Positions 1-14,177 of a stretch of DNA of 64,000 nt are shown here, one piece after another. Under the pieces are notes generated by a model. It saw nothing but the letters and a program-made list of their open reading frames with translations. It was not told the origin of the DNA and made no database searches. How positions within the stretch are numbered: position 1 is the stretch's first letter; each line of letters begins with the position of its first letter. Both the position numbers and the translations under genes were made by a program. The stretch lies in contig NC_043021.1 of NCBI RefSeq assembly GCF_006345805.1, forward strand, positions 17,236,001-17,300,000, given 5' to 3'. This stretch comes from Octopus sinensis (taxonomy: Eukaryota).

Positions 1-643
1 GAACGGAAGGATGGACGAAATGCTGCTAAGCATTTTGCCTAGCATGCTAATGGTTCTGCCAGCTTGCTGCCTTTTTATTTTTAAGGTTCTGCCAAATTGC
101 CGCCTACATATTGACAAATATTGGTTTTATTATTTTGGTACGAGGCCAGCAAATTTTGGGGGGAGGGTGTAAATTGATTATACCAATCCCAGTGTTCGGG
201 TGGTACTTACGTTATCGACCCCAACATGATTGGGGCAAAGTCATTGCCGGTAGAATTTGAACTCAGAACATGAAGACGATGAATTGTCACTATACATTTT
301 GTTGAGCGTGCTGATGATTCTGTGAGCTCACCACCTTCAATCACAACAACAACAATAATAATAATAATAATAATAATAATAATCTTTCTACTAGAGTCAC
401 AAAGTCTGGAATTTTTTTTTTTTTTTTTTGGTCTCTGTTGGAGAGGCTGCTTAGTTTATAAATATCAACCCTCAGTTCGCAGCTGGTACTTATTTTCTCA
501 ACCATGAAAGGTTGAAAAGCAAAGTCAATATCAGCGGAATTTGAATGCAGAACGTAAAGCCGGAAGAGATGGCAGCTAAGTAATTTCTCTGCTGCTCTAA
601 TGATTCTGCCGGCTTGCCACCTCCAATTAACAGCAGTACGCAG

Positions 644-677
<34 letters not shown>

Positions 678-1399
678 ATACAGTAACAATGAGAATGTTT
701 AATGTTGTTGAAAAATAAGTCAGGTAAACCTGCAGCAAACAAAATTCTTTTCCCCTCCACCTTTCCTAAACTGGTGACTTACTTTTGTGTGGTAGAGTCG
801 GGACTTGAGGGGGGGAATTTGAGGTTGACTGATGGTTAGGTGTATTCAGCTACCTGCTCTGTGTAGCTATGGCGATTCTAGTTATACCTGTTGGTGGTGA
901 TGACGATGATGATGATGATGGTGGTGATGATAGTGATGGAGTGGTGGTTGCTGCTGTTGTTTAAAGCAATGCTGTAGAAACAATAACACTATCAGTGACA
1001 GGTAACATCATCTACAGTCGTCAGGTAATTAGGACAGAGCTACTTAAACATGGTAACACCTGCCAACATGTATTAGGTACACATACACACGTGCTTAAAT
1101 ACACATAACCCTGTTGTGGATATGTGTGTGTGTATATATCTGTCTATCTACTGCTTTCTCTCTCCCTTCACACACACACACACTCACACACACACAGGTA
1201 AGTATTCACTTGTATATAGTGTTTCTGTAATTAAGCACTTTGTCTTAATTAGTGTTTGTGTATATACTCACACACATATACACACGTTCATACATGCACA
1301 TGTATGCACACACTCTCATGTCAGTTTCTATAAAGGTTTATATACTTAGATACAATCTTAGATTCAGTTACTCTTAATAGAATTTACATACACATGAAC

Positions 1400-1925
1400 A
1401 CATACTATGTATGTATACTCACTATATATATGTATGTATATTCAGTGTATGTATGTATACTCAGTGCATATATATAATCACTATATGTGTGTGTGTATAT
1501 TCACCATATATATGCATGTATACTCACTATATATATGTATGTATATTCAGTGTATGTATGTATGTATGTATGTATACTCAGTGTATATATATAATCACTA
1601 TATGTGTGTGTGTGTGTATACTCACCATATATATGCATGTATACTCACTATATATATGTATGTATATTCAGTGTATGTATGTATGTATGTATGTATGTAT
1701 GTATGTATACTCAGTGTGTATGTGTATATATATGTATATGTGTGTGTGTGTGTATAATCACTATATGTGTGTGTATACTCACTATATATATTCACTCTAT
1801 ACATATATGTACACTCTACATGCATGTATACTCATTATATATATATAGGCATATATACACTCACACACTATATGTATATGCTTATGCATATCTACACGTG
1901 TGTGTGTGTGTGTGTATAAATATAT
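1400..1925. repeat. Compound TATG/TG/TA repeat with internally duplicated blocks
   Basis: GTATACTCACTATATATATGTATGTATATTCAGTGTATG recurs three times. Confidence 0.85.
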
Positions 1926-4900
1926 AGATTTTTATTATGTACAGAAGTACACTCGAACAAGCATGTAACCAATATTCTAAGTATTTTTTCATGAACATGC
2001 ACTGCACACAAACACACACACACACCCAAGCATGTGTATGTGTAAATTTTTGTTCTCCTGGGTGGGGATGGAGGTTTCTACTCCGGGGTGGGGGGTACAT
2101 ATGCTTAATGGCCCTCATAGATAAACAAGCATTCAATCATATAGAAGTAAACCACCCACCCACCCACCTACCTACTCACCCCCTACAAGCACTGAATTAA
2201 GGTGGACAGGAAGGGGGGAGAGAGAGAGAGAGAGAGAAAGAAAGAAAGAAAGAGAGCAAGCAAGCAGCAATAACAGTTGTGGTGTTGTCCTCTCTCAAAT
2301 CAAGACAGGGACTGCCTTATCAAGGGGCTTTATAACTTTACAACAAAGGATAATATCTCTCTAATCTGTTGTTTTATTAATCTGTTTACCGGGGGGGGGG
2401 GTTCTTTCTCTTTTGTTATTTTGTTGTTTTTACTCTTCTTCTCCATTAACCAAGGAATATTTTTAGCAGCTGCTGAATAAATATCTTTACATATTGTTTT
2501 TTTTTTTTTATATGTTCATTTTTGGTCCTTTTGTAATTATTTGCTTTGTATCCTTGTACGCACGTGTGTGCACGCACGCACGTACTCATACACAAGCGTG
2601 CACGTATTTCATAAACATGCACATGGACACATAGATATGTACCTATTTCTTTACTACCCACAAGGGGCTAAACATAGAGGGGACAAACAAGGACAGACAA
2701 ACGGATTAAGTCAATTACATCGACCCCAGTGCATAACTGGTACTTAATTTTTCGACCCCGAAAGGATGAAAGGCAAAGTTGACCTCGGTGGAGTTTGAAC
2801 TCAGAACGTAAAGAGCCGAAAGAATTACCTATTTCTTTACTACCCACAAGGGGCTAAACACAGAGAGGACAAACAAGGACAGACAAACGGATTAAATTGA
2901 TTATATCGACCCCAGTGCGTAACTGGTACTTAATTTATTGACCCCGAAAGGATGAAAGGCAAAGTTGACCTCGGCGGAATTTGAACACAGAACATAGCGA
3001 CGGGCGAAATACCGCTAAACATTTCACCCAGCGTGTTAACCACTCTGCCATCTCGCCGCCTTATGCACACATAGATATGTACCGTCAGTTTCATTGTTGT
3101 TTTAACGTTCACTTTTCCATGCCTGCATGGGTCAGATGGAATTTATTTGAGGCAGATTTTCTATGGCCACTGAATGCCCTTCCTGTCACCAACCGTCACC
3201 CGTTTCCAAATAAGGTAATACTTCCCCCATGGCCGGACCTGATTTCACTGAATATTGGAATTGAATGACACTGCTTGTGTAACAGTGACACTCGTTTACA
3301 ACTGTCATACGATATCAATTCAAGAGACACAAACACACACACAATTCTCACATATACATATATACACACACACACACATAACACACACACACACATGATG
3401 GGCTTCTTTCAATTTCCATCTACCAAATCTACTCACGATATCAATTCAAGAGACACAAACGTACACACAATTCTCACATATACATATATGCACACACACA
3501 TGATGGGCTTCTTTCAGTTTCCATCTACCAAATCTACTCACAAGGCTTTGGTCGTCCCCGGCCTATAGCAGAAGATGCTTGCCCAAGGTCCCGATTCTTT
3601 ACATTTTGGGTTCAGATCTTTCCCGGGCCTCAACTTTGCCTTCACCCTTTCAGGGTTGACCGAATAAAGTACCAGTCATGTGCTATGGTCAATGTAATTA
3701 ATTGCCCTCCCATCAAAATTGCTTGTCCTCGGGCCTTGATTAAAAGCAAATTGTTGATGTTGTTAAGGGAAGAAAGAATTATATTTGGAAACCTTGACCG
3801 ATGTATTAAATGTGATGGTGGAGACGGGGTGGAGCATAAGGTTCATTACGATTGCGTTTTATTGTTTGACTTGAATGGAATCACTCACAGAAGGCAATTA
3901 CATATTGATATGATATTGATATAATATTCCCTTTTGTAAAATACGGACAGGAGTGTGGCTTCATTTAAAGAAAATCTTAAGTTCTTGTATTACTCAAGGC
4001 CATGATGAGGAAATTGCGTTTGTCAATTTCTGGTTGCGTTCATTTACTCTTTCTGATAAGATTGAATTTTGTTAAACGACATGAAATAACTAATTTTCCT
4101 TCAGATCACACCATAATGTTAAAAAAAATGCAAAGGACATGTTAAGGATATCTAAAATTACATTATTTGTTGACCAGAAAACTAGTGGAATTAATTCAAT
4201 TATGAATGTGCTCAATCAGCACTGACCTGGATTTTACGCATAATTAGCTCATGTTCTATAGAATTCATCCACATATGTGGCTGTGTGGTAAGAAGTTTGC
4301 TTCTCAACCATATAGTTCCAGGTTCAGTCCCACTTTGTGGCACCTTGGGCAAATATCTTCCACCAACCAAAGCACCTTGGGCAAGTGTCTTCTGCCCACC
4401 AAAGCCTTGTGTGTGGATTTGGTAGACAGAAACTGAAAGAAACCTGTCGTATATGTGTTGGTGTGTTTATGTCCCTGTAACTTGGTGGTTTGGCAAAAGT
4501 GATCGATAGAATAAGTAGTAGGCTTAAAAAGAGAGAAAAGTACTGAGGTGAATTCTTTCAGGTAAAAAAAGTCTTCAATGTGGTGCCCCAGCATGGCCAC
4601 AGTCTAATGACTGAAACAAATAAAAGAGAATTCTATTTGTTTTAGAATAGAATTCTAAAACAAATTCCATTCTAAATTTGTTTTAGAAATTTAGAATTTC
4701 TAAAACAAATTTAGAATTCTAGAAATTTTAAAGAATTTCTAGAAATTTTAAAGTAATCTGTACATCTCCAAAGTTTGAGGGGTCCTTGTGTGGAGTTCAT
4801 TCTTTCCACTCTTATTTCTTTCGTTCCTCCTCTCTCACATTCTCCATGGCTTTCTCTTCATTCTCACCTTCCCTTCTCTTTCAATTCACTCTGTCCCTTT

Positions 4901-5447
4901 TCTTTTTTCCTTGTCCCTCCCTATTTCTTCTATTCCTCTGCCTCTACCTATCTCTCTCCTCTCCTTCCACGTAACCGGTGTTTGGCCCATTCTGAACCTT
5001 CTTTCTTGGTTCGACTACCATCCATGCAACATCTATATTCTTCCCCAAGCCTGTTAAATCTTATGTCCCTGCCGTAAGGCTTCACTTCCACACACGCCAG
5101 CTTAATTTAATTTGTCCTTAGTCGAAAGACACCTGTTGTTAATGTCCTTTATTTACATCTGTATTTGTGTACCATTTCTCCATTTTTTTTTCCTATCCTT
5201 GTTTTCATATACATTCACTGCTTTCTTCCAAGATTAGATTTTCCTTGGGGCTGGCCAGATTGGAGCAATCTCAAGTACAACCAACTGAAATTGCAAAGAT
5301 AAGCTGGAACTCGACTGAGGAAAGAAAGCTCCAAATGACCCATCCTTGCTTTTTCTTGTCCCTTTTTTTGTATCATCTGTCTGGATGTTTTGTTGTCCCA
5401 TTTTTGTATCATCTAATTGTCTGGATGTTTTGTGTTCTTGTCCCATT

Positions 5448-5483
<36 letters not shown>

Positions 5484-5929
5484 ATCTTTTACTTGGTTCA
5501 CTGTGGCCATGCTGGGGCACCATGCCTTAAAGAATTTTTAGTTGAATGAATCAAAACCCCAGTACTAAATTTTTTTCTTTTTTATTTTTTTGTTAAGCAT
5601 GATACTTACTTTATCAATTTCTTTTGTCAAACTGCTGAGTTATGGGAACATAAACACACACACACTTACATATTCATACGACGAGCTTCTTTCAGTTTCT
5701 CTACCAAATCCACTCCGGCTTTGGTTGGCCTGAGGCTATAGTAGAAGACACTCATCCAAGGTGCCACACAGTAGGACTGAACCCAGAACCATGTGGTTAA
5801 GAAGCAAGCTTCTTACCACACAACCACACATAGGCTGTATTGTGTGTGTGTGAATGTGGTATAACTGGGTGTGTCTTGTATTGTGCATATTTATATATGC
5901 ATATCATAAGGCATTTGTGTATGTATACA

Positions 5930-5961
<32 letters not shown>

Positions 5962-7005
5962 TACACATAGTTTCACTTCCTGTTTTTTTTTTCTGTTGCT
6001 TTTTCAAAAGAACCCATCCTTTGAATTTCCAATATTTTTTTGTTACCTTAATTTATTGAATGGACAAGGTCAGGTGGATGACTTCTCACAGGAACCACCC
6101 ATGTCATCATGTTCAGGAAATAGCAGTGGTGTGTGGAAGTGGTTTTGTTTGAAGGGCCTGGCCCCCTTTTGTCCTGAGTATTGGATGTTTAGTCTTCAGG
6201 CCAGCCCTCACCAAACATAAATAGGATGAATGGCATTCCAGCCATGACCTTCCCATTCTTCTGTCAAGTATTATCTTTTTCTTGGGCTACATTATTGTCT
6301 GTCTGTTGCTCTCTTTTTAATGCATCGGAGTGTAATTTGAAGTAATATTTGCTACCATTTCCAGCAGTTTGTGTGACTACCTAGGTGTCTCCCATTTGCT
6401 TTGTGACCCATTTGGTTGTTGTTTGGACATAAACTGAAGTGTTTTTGGTGTTTTAATCACATTTAGTTTGTTCTTGGCTCTGTTGGTGCATACAGCCAGA
6501 TGGAATCTAATTGAAGTGACCTATGACCTGACATATTCCAATCATGACCATCTGGTATAGTGTCTGTAGGATTTACTTTATTCAAACGTGTCTCTTTAGT
6601 GGGGGATTTGGCTGCTATTTCTTACATATATGTGACCATATAGAAGGTTCCTTTTATTGGAAGCCTTCATTGTGATGGATGCAGTAACACTGCAGCCCTG
6701 TTTAAGCCTTTAGAGACCAGCTTCATTTGGATTGACTTGGATTCACTGTTACCCTTTTGACCAGGCTCCCGTTGGCTTTTATGGGGTTTTTTCCACCAGG
6801 AACCTTTCGAAGTGCCTCCCCCTATTGGGAGTTTTTCGTTGTTATATTATTTGATTGTTACACAGTTTTTACACGATTTTTTCACAAACGGACACAACCC
6901 TTTGTAACCTTTCGTCCTGTTTTGTCCCTTTGTTTTCTAATCATGTGTGTCAGCCCTTGTGGCCAATAAAAAGAATTAATTATTATCATTATTATTATTA
7001 TTATT

Positions 7006-7900
7006 AAGGTAGCGAGCTGGCAGAGTTGTTAGCACGTTGGGTAAAATGCTTAACTGAATTTTGTCTGTCTTTACTTTCTGAGTTCAAATTCTGCTGAGGT
7101 CGGTTTTTGCCTTTCATCATTTCAGGGTTGATAAAATCAGTACCAGTTACACCCGGGGGGTCGATGTAAACGATTCGTTCCCTCCTATGAAATTTCAGGC
7201 CTTGTGCCTGTTGTAGAAAGGATTATTATTATCATTAAGGTGGCAGGCTAACAAGATCGTTAGCAAACCGGACAAAATGCTTAGCGCTATTTCACCCGTC
7301 GTTACATTCTGAGTTCAAATTCTGTTGAGGTCGACTTTGCCTTTCATCCTTTCAAGGTTGACAAATTAAGAACCAGTGAAACACTGGGGTCGATGTGATC
7401 CATTTGTCACCTCCCTCCAAATTTCAGACCTTGTGCTTTAGTAGAAAGGATTATTATTATTATTATTATTGTTATTGTTATTGTTATCGTCATCATCATT
7501 ATCATCATCATTATCATCATCTTTATCATCATTATCATCATCATTATCATCATTATCATTATCATCATCATCATCATTATCATCATTATCATCATCATTA
7601 TCATCATTATCATCATTATCATCATTATCATCATCATCATTATTATCATCATTATCATCATCATCATCATCACCATCATCAAGGTGGTGAGCTGGCAGAG
7701 TTGTTAGCACGCTGGGCGAAATGCTTAGCGGTATTTCAAATTCTGCCAGAGTCAACTTTGCCTTTCATCCTTTTGGGGTCAACTAAATAAGTACCAGTTA
7801 CGCACTAGGGGTCGATGTAATCAACTTAATCCCTTTTCCCAAATTCGAGGCCTTGTGCTTCCTGTAGAAAGAATTATTATTATTATTATTATTATTATTT
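7006..7900 (+). mobile_element. Head-to-tail chain of three family-2 SINEs separated by (ATT)n/(CAT)n
   Basis: Three repeats of the AAGGT..GAGCTGGCAGA head and GTAGAAAGGATTATT tail. Confidence 0.8.
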
Positions 7901-8285
<385 letters not shown>

Positions 8286-10131
8286 TTATTATTATTATTA
8301 TTATAATCATTATTATTATTATTATTATTGAGTGAGAGAGCAGTTCATGCCATCAAAGCAACACTGGGGTAAAATATACGAAGTCCAATATACCCATCAT
8401 GACTACCCGTCTGATAAGGGTACACCGGGCACATGCATCACAACCATATGTGCGCGACATGGTGATCCCATATCAAGATAAACAGCACATGACCTTGCAG
8501 GTGGGGCCCAGTTAGAATTTTCTTCAGGTTGAGTAGCCCATCCCGCTCAAAAGGTCTCTGAATAAGGGTTGTTTAAGGATGTTGAAAGAACCACCCATGT
8601 TTCCAGAGGTGAATTATTCAAACCCCAAAGAATCCCTCTCAACACATGGCTATGATGCTCCCCCACTACTTCTGCTCGTGATCAGAGATGCACATATCGT
8701 CAGCCACTAAGGGACATGCTCAACTGGTTATGGTCAAACAACTGACAAGCAAATCTGTGGTATTGAGCAGAATATATACTGTAGCCCATCTTTTATACCA
8801 AGACAAAACAATGTATATGAAACACTTCCAATCAGTTAAGATCAGAAGCCATGAGAGCCACTGCCTGGTACTGCATCAGGGCAAATATTATTATTATTAT
8901 TGTTAATATTATTATTATTCAGACTGAGACAGTGAACCGGCAGAATTGTTACCCTGTTTGCCAAAATGCTTAGTGGCATTTCTTTCAGCTTTGTTCTGAG
9001 CTCAAATTACTCCAAGGTTGACTTTGCCTGTCATCCTTTCAGGCTCAATAAAATAAGTACTACTGAAATATTGGGGAGTGGGGTTGATGTAGTCGACTTT
9101 CCCCTCTCTTAGAATTGCTGGCCTTGTGCCAAAATTTGAAAGCTACCATTATAAGAGCAATGGATTGGCAGAATGGTTAGAGCATTGGGAAAATTTGAAT
9201 TATGTTCTCTTGATGCTTTGCATTCTGAGTTCAAATCCTGGCTATCTTTGCCTTTTGTCCTTTTGGTGTTAATAGAATTAGTACCGATCAAGCTCTGGGG
9301 TTAAAACTCTCAACTAATCCTCGTTTACCAAATTTTAGGCTTTGCACCTATCTTAGAAAATGTCATTGTTATTAACTTTTTTGTTGTTATATTTCCATTG
9401 GTAAGTAGCTTGCTTCCCAACCACATGGTTCTGGGTTCAGTTCCACTGCATGGCAACTTAAGCAAGTGACTTCTACCATAGTCTCAGGCTGACCAAAGCC
9501 TTGTGAGTGGATTTGGTAGACAGAAACTGAAAGAAGCCTGTCGTGTGTGTGTGTGTATCTGTGTTTGTCCCCCCACCATCGCTTGACAATTGATGTTGTG
9601 TTTACGTCCCTGTAACTTAGCAGTTCAGCAAAAGAGACTCAGCTTACAAAGAATAAGCCCTAGGGTCGACTTGTTCAACTAAAAACGGTGCTCCAGCATG
9701 GCTGCAGTCAAAATGACTGAAACAAGTAAAAGAAAAGAATTAAGGCTTATAAGGGATCACTATGCAATGACTAAAGAAAATAGTCTAATAATGGGGCATA
9801 TAAGCCCTCGATAGTAAAAAAGTAGGCTTTCGCATATCACTATTATTATTATTCTTATCATTATTATTATAAATTATTTACATGTTCTTTTCTTTTCACG
9901 CTAGCACAGGTGAAGGGTTTAATTATTTGAGCAATTTTTTTTCATGTCTTTTTTTTTAATCTCCTTTTTTTTTTCTCCTCAGAGTTATTTCATTAAAATT
10001 AATGCATCTTTATGAAGCTTTTTAATTGGTTCCAGCAAATGTACAACATACATAAAACCCTTTTATCCTTTTCATAATTTATTTCCTATGAAATATACTC
10101 TATTTTCTCTTTCTTTTCTTTTTCCTTCCAG

Positions 10132-10474
10132 AACCAAATTACAACGACCCCGTTTTAGTAAAGACCGAGAGAAATCGAAATGGTGTACCGATCTTCTTGG
10201 GAAGCCTTAAAGAGGACGAACGGGAAGTGAAACTGGATCCACCTCTTAGCGCCACTGATCCGGACAAAGGCAGAGGTGGCAAAATTTGCGGCTATGGAAT
10301 CATCGGCCAGCACCTACACGATGTCCCTTTTGAAATCATACTTCTCAACAATGAAACCGGTGAGGCTAAAATTGTTGTGAAGGCTGGCGAGACATTGAAT
10401 TGCGAGAAAAGAGAAAAATACAAGTTCACCATTGTTGCTTATGACTGCGGGGAAATACATCATTATTCAAACAA
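10132..10474 (+). CDS. CLSTN1: Calsyntenin exon: cadherin repeat 1
   Basis: Polypyrimidine tract + CAG acceptor; encodes ...[25 protein letters not shown]...[19 protein letters not shown]...; donor AA|GTAAGT. Confidence 0.95.
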
Positions 10475-12165
10475 GTAAGTTATTTCTGTATTTAAATGTC
10501 TGTGTGTCAGAGTTGCTCTTTTACACTTTTACTTGTTTCAGTCATTTGACTGGCAATATACTGTGTCTATGTAGTCGTGGTTGATGCTGGTTTCATGTCA
10601 ATGGCATGTAAAAAGCACCCGCTACACGCCTGGTGTGGTTGCTGTTAGGAAGAGCATCCAATTGTAGAAACTTTGCCAAATCAGATTGGAACCTGATGCA
10701 GTTCCCTGGCTCACCAGTTTTCAGTCAAACCATCCAACCCATGCCAGAATCAGACGTTAAACGATGATGATGATGATGAAGCTGTTACCCCCATCACAAA
10801 TAACACACCCAGGTATGCAGGAATTTGCTCACCACATTGTCAGCTTTTATTTACAAATGGTATGAATGAGCAGCTTGAGTGTACCCTGCTTTCATTAGTT
10901 GCTTCTTGTGTGTTTTGTGGTGTTGAGAAGATGTTGACCCCTTCTTGGCCTTTGTGTCTTGATCAATGCAGTATCGATGATGTGACAACTGGTGCTGTTG
11001 TTGTTAAGCAACAAGACGGGTAAGGGTGATTAGGTGATGGTCTAGGGCTTAGGGGCGGGAGACCACAGACCTTGGAGAAAAAAAAAAACTTTGGTTGTCT
11101 TGTTGTAGTCGAGGGTTCTTCGTTGACACCCGACACCATTGGGCGGTGGCCTTCGAAGTTGCTGGAAATGGAGATCTCCAGGTCCAAATTCTTGAACGGC
11201 GACAACTGGTGCTGGTCCTTGTTTACAGCTGAAGAGACTGGAATAATATGAAATGGAAGTGCCTTACTCAAGGACACAATGCAAACCTTGATGCAGGAAT
11301 TGAAGCCCATGATCTTATGATTGTGAGGTCCAATGCCCTAAATGCTAGGCCACACACCTTCACATTTTTCACTTCCTCCTGTAGAAAGACCATAGAGAAT
11401 TGTCTTCTGTTAACATTAACATTTAGGAATCTGGTATTTAACCCTTTAGCATTCAGGTAATTTTGGCAAATGCAATGCTTTTTTTTTTTAAATTCACATT
11501 GCTTTGAATTAATCAGTTGTTGTCTTGTAGCATCAAAATTTTGATGTAATTGTTTATTTTTAGAACAACATTGTGGGATAGGTGCGAGAGCTCAGATCTG
11601 GCCAGTTTGAACATAAAGTGAGCAGAATATTTTGGCCCGATATGTCCAGCTTAAATGCTAAAGGGTTAACTCTTTACCATTTAAGCAGGCCATATCTGGC
11701 CAAAGTATTTGACCTGTTATATGTTCAAACTGTCCAGATCTGACCTCTCACACCTACCCTACCATGTCATCGGGAAAATAAGCAGTCCCATCATCATTTC
11801 AAAGCTATGAGATAATACATGATTAATTTCTAAACAATGTGAGGAATAAATAAGCATTACATTTGACAGAATAATCCGAATGCTAAAGGGTTAAGATAAT
11901 AAGATTAGTGCCAACTTTCCAGATTCTTGGGATGCTAGGAATATTAAAAATAGATCCAGTTGAATCTCTCCGACAGCTGGTACAAGGTATTCTGCGTTAG
12001 TCTCCTGTTCCGACCTAGGCAGTGATTTATCTCTCGTCCGGTTTAACACCTCAGAAACTGGAGATAAGATAAACAGTGGCCGATTAGTTCCTTGGAGGTT
12101 TCTGTAAAAGACTCTGTCTTAAGTGGTGGCAACACCATATGCATACCTGTGTGTGTTTGTATGTG

Positions 12166-12198
<33 letters not shown>

Positions 12199-13904
12199 AA
12201 ACACACACATATACATACCTGTATTGAATAAGAGAGCTGCTGTTGTTGCTAAGAGGATAATTGTCCTTATCTAAAACATTGCATGTTATTTCATTTCGTC
12301 TCTGATCTTATCAGCAGTGTTATCTTATTGCGTGTTGGAAATTTAAACGTTTCAGCTTTTTCTTATCAGCGTAGTGTTCTATAACGGTAAAGGAATTCTC
12401 TTTTAGAAATCAGTAAAACTAGTAGAAATTACAGCAGCAGTAACACCTGCTATAGTTACAACAGTCTGAGTTTAGAGGTCTGGGTTTTGGTGGTGTTTTG
12501 TTGGTTTTCCCTTAGATCTGTCATTTAACTCTTTTGTTTCCATATTTCTGATCAAATGCTTTGCCTTTCATCATCATCATCATCATCATAGCAGCCACTT
12601 TTCCATACTTGCATGAGATGGGAGTTTCCTGAGGCAGATTTTCTACAGTCAGATATCCTTATATATATCTGTAAATATATGTTTTCGCTTAGGCATTGTA
12701 AGACTAACAACTTGGTGTAGAACTCAATATACATTTGCTTCAGAACAAAGTGGCCCTCCCCCTCTCTCCCTGTCTGTCCTCTCACTCTCCTTACCTCTCC
12801 CCCGTCTCTCCACTCCCCTCCCCTTGTCCCTGCCCCCTCCGTCTCCACCCCGTCCCCTCCGTCTCCACCCTGTCCTCTGCGTCTACTCCCTCCACTTCCC
12901 CTCCATCTCTGTCTCTCCCCAACTCCCCTCTGTCTCTCCCCAAACCCCCCGTCTCTCCCCAACTCTCCCCGTCTCTCCCCAACTCCCCCGTCTCTCCCCA
13001 ACTCCCCTCCGTCTCTCCCCAACTCCCCTCCGTCTCTCTCCAACTCCCCTCCGTCTCTCTCCAACTCCCCTCTGTCTGTCTCCAACTCCCCTCCGTCTCT
13101 CCCCAACTCCCCTCCGTCTCTCCCCTGACCCTCCATCTCTCCCCTGTTCCTGCTTCTCCCTCCCCCACCCCTGCCTCTCCCTATCCCTTTCTCTCCCTGT
13201 CCTATTATATTTTTATAATTAAATATTTTTTAGGAATTGTATAAAAAAAAGAATGCAATTGTTTTGTGTATTGTAGAATGATAACTGACTTTTTGCACAT
13301 GAAATCTTATATGGACCCCCCTCGCAGGGTGACACATGAAGCCCAGTTGAAAACCCCTGTGTGTTGATGAAGTATCTGGTAAATATTCCACGTCTAATTC
13401 TTGTTGTTTTCTTCTGCAGATCCATTGTGATTGTCCACGTGGAAGATGTTGATGAATACCCGCCGACATTTAATGAAGACAGTTATGAAGTTGAGGTGGA
13501 AGAGGGCCATGTCTTTGGTTCTATCACTCAGCTGACTGCTTCCGACAAAGACAAGTCCAAGAACTTCTCTAAGATTTGTAGATATGTTATTTTGGACAAC
13601 GATGTTCCATTTGAGATCAGTAACGATGGTGAGTAGTCGTCTGTATAAATTTTTTTCTTCTCCTTTTCATATAGTTCTATCTCTCTCTCTCTGTGTCGCT
13701 AAAAGGTAACTAAATGAAGATGATGAGTAGGATCTGCACTCTGGCCTTGTAGAACTCTCTCACCAGCAAAGGCTACACCCAAACAGACCCAAAAGTTGGA
13801 GGGTTGTCACCCTGAGTGCTGCCAAGGTGTCGTCTGCCAGGAGTGGTAGGGAATCACCAACAAATGGTGGATGCTGCAATGCATTGTTACAGGGCATGCT
13901 TCCA

Positions 13905-13939
<35 letters not shown>

Positions 13940-14142
13940 TACTACTACTCTCTTTCTTTCTTTCTCTTTTCTCTCTTTCTCTCTCTCTCTTTCTCTCTCC
14001 CTCTCTCTCTCCCTCTCCCCCCAATTTTAAATGTCTCTCCCTTTCTCTCTCCAACCTTTGACCATTCCTCTGCTTCTCTCTTATACTTGTTGCGCAGCAG
14101 TGTGGTTGATGGTTGCAATTCCTTATTTCTGGTGAAAATCAC

Positions 14143-14177
<35 letters not shown>

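Noticed and set aside
7395-7790. His-rich / Asp-Asn-rich ORFs
   Set aside because: (CAT)n/(TAT)n microsatellite between SINEs.
12552-13244. Gly/Glu/Arg-rich and Pro/Ser-rich ORFs
   Set aside because: Products of the C-rich minisatellite.
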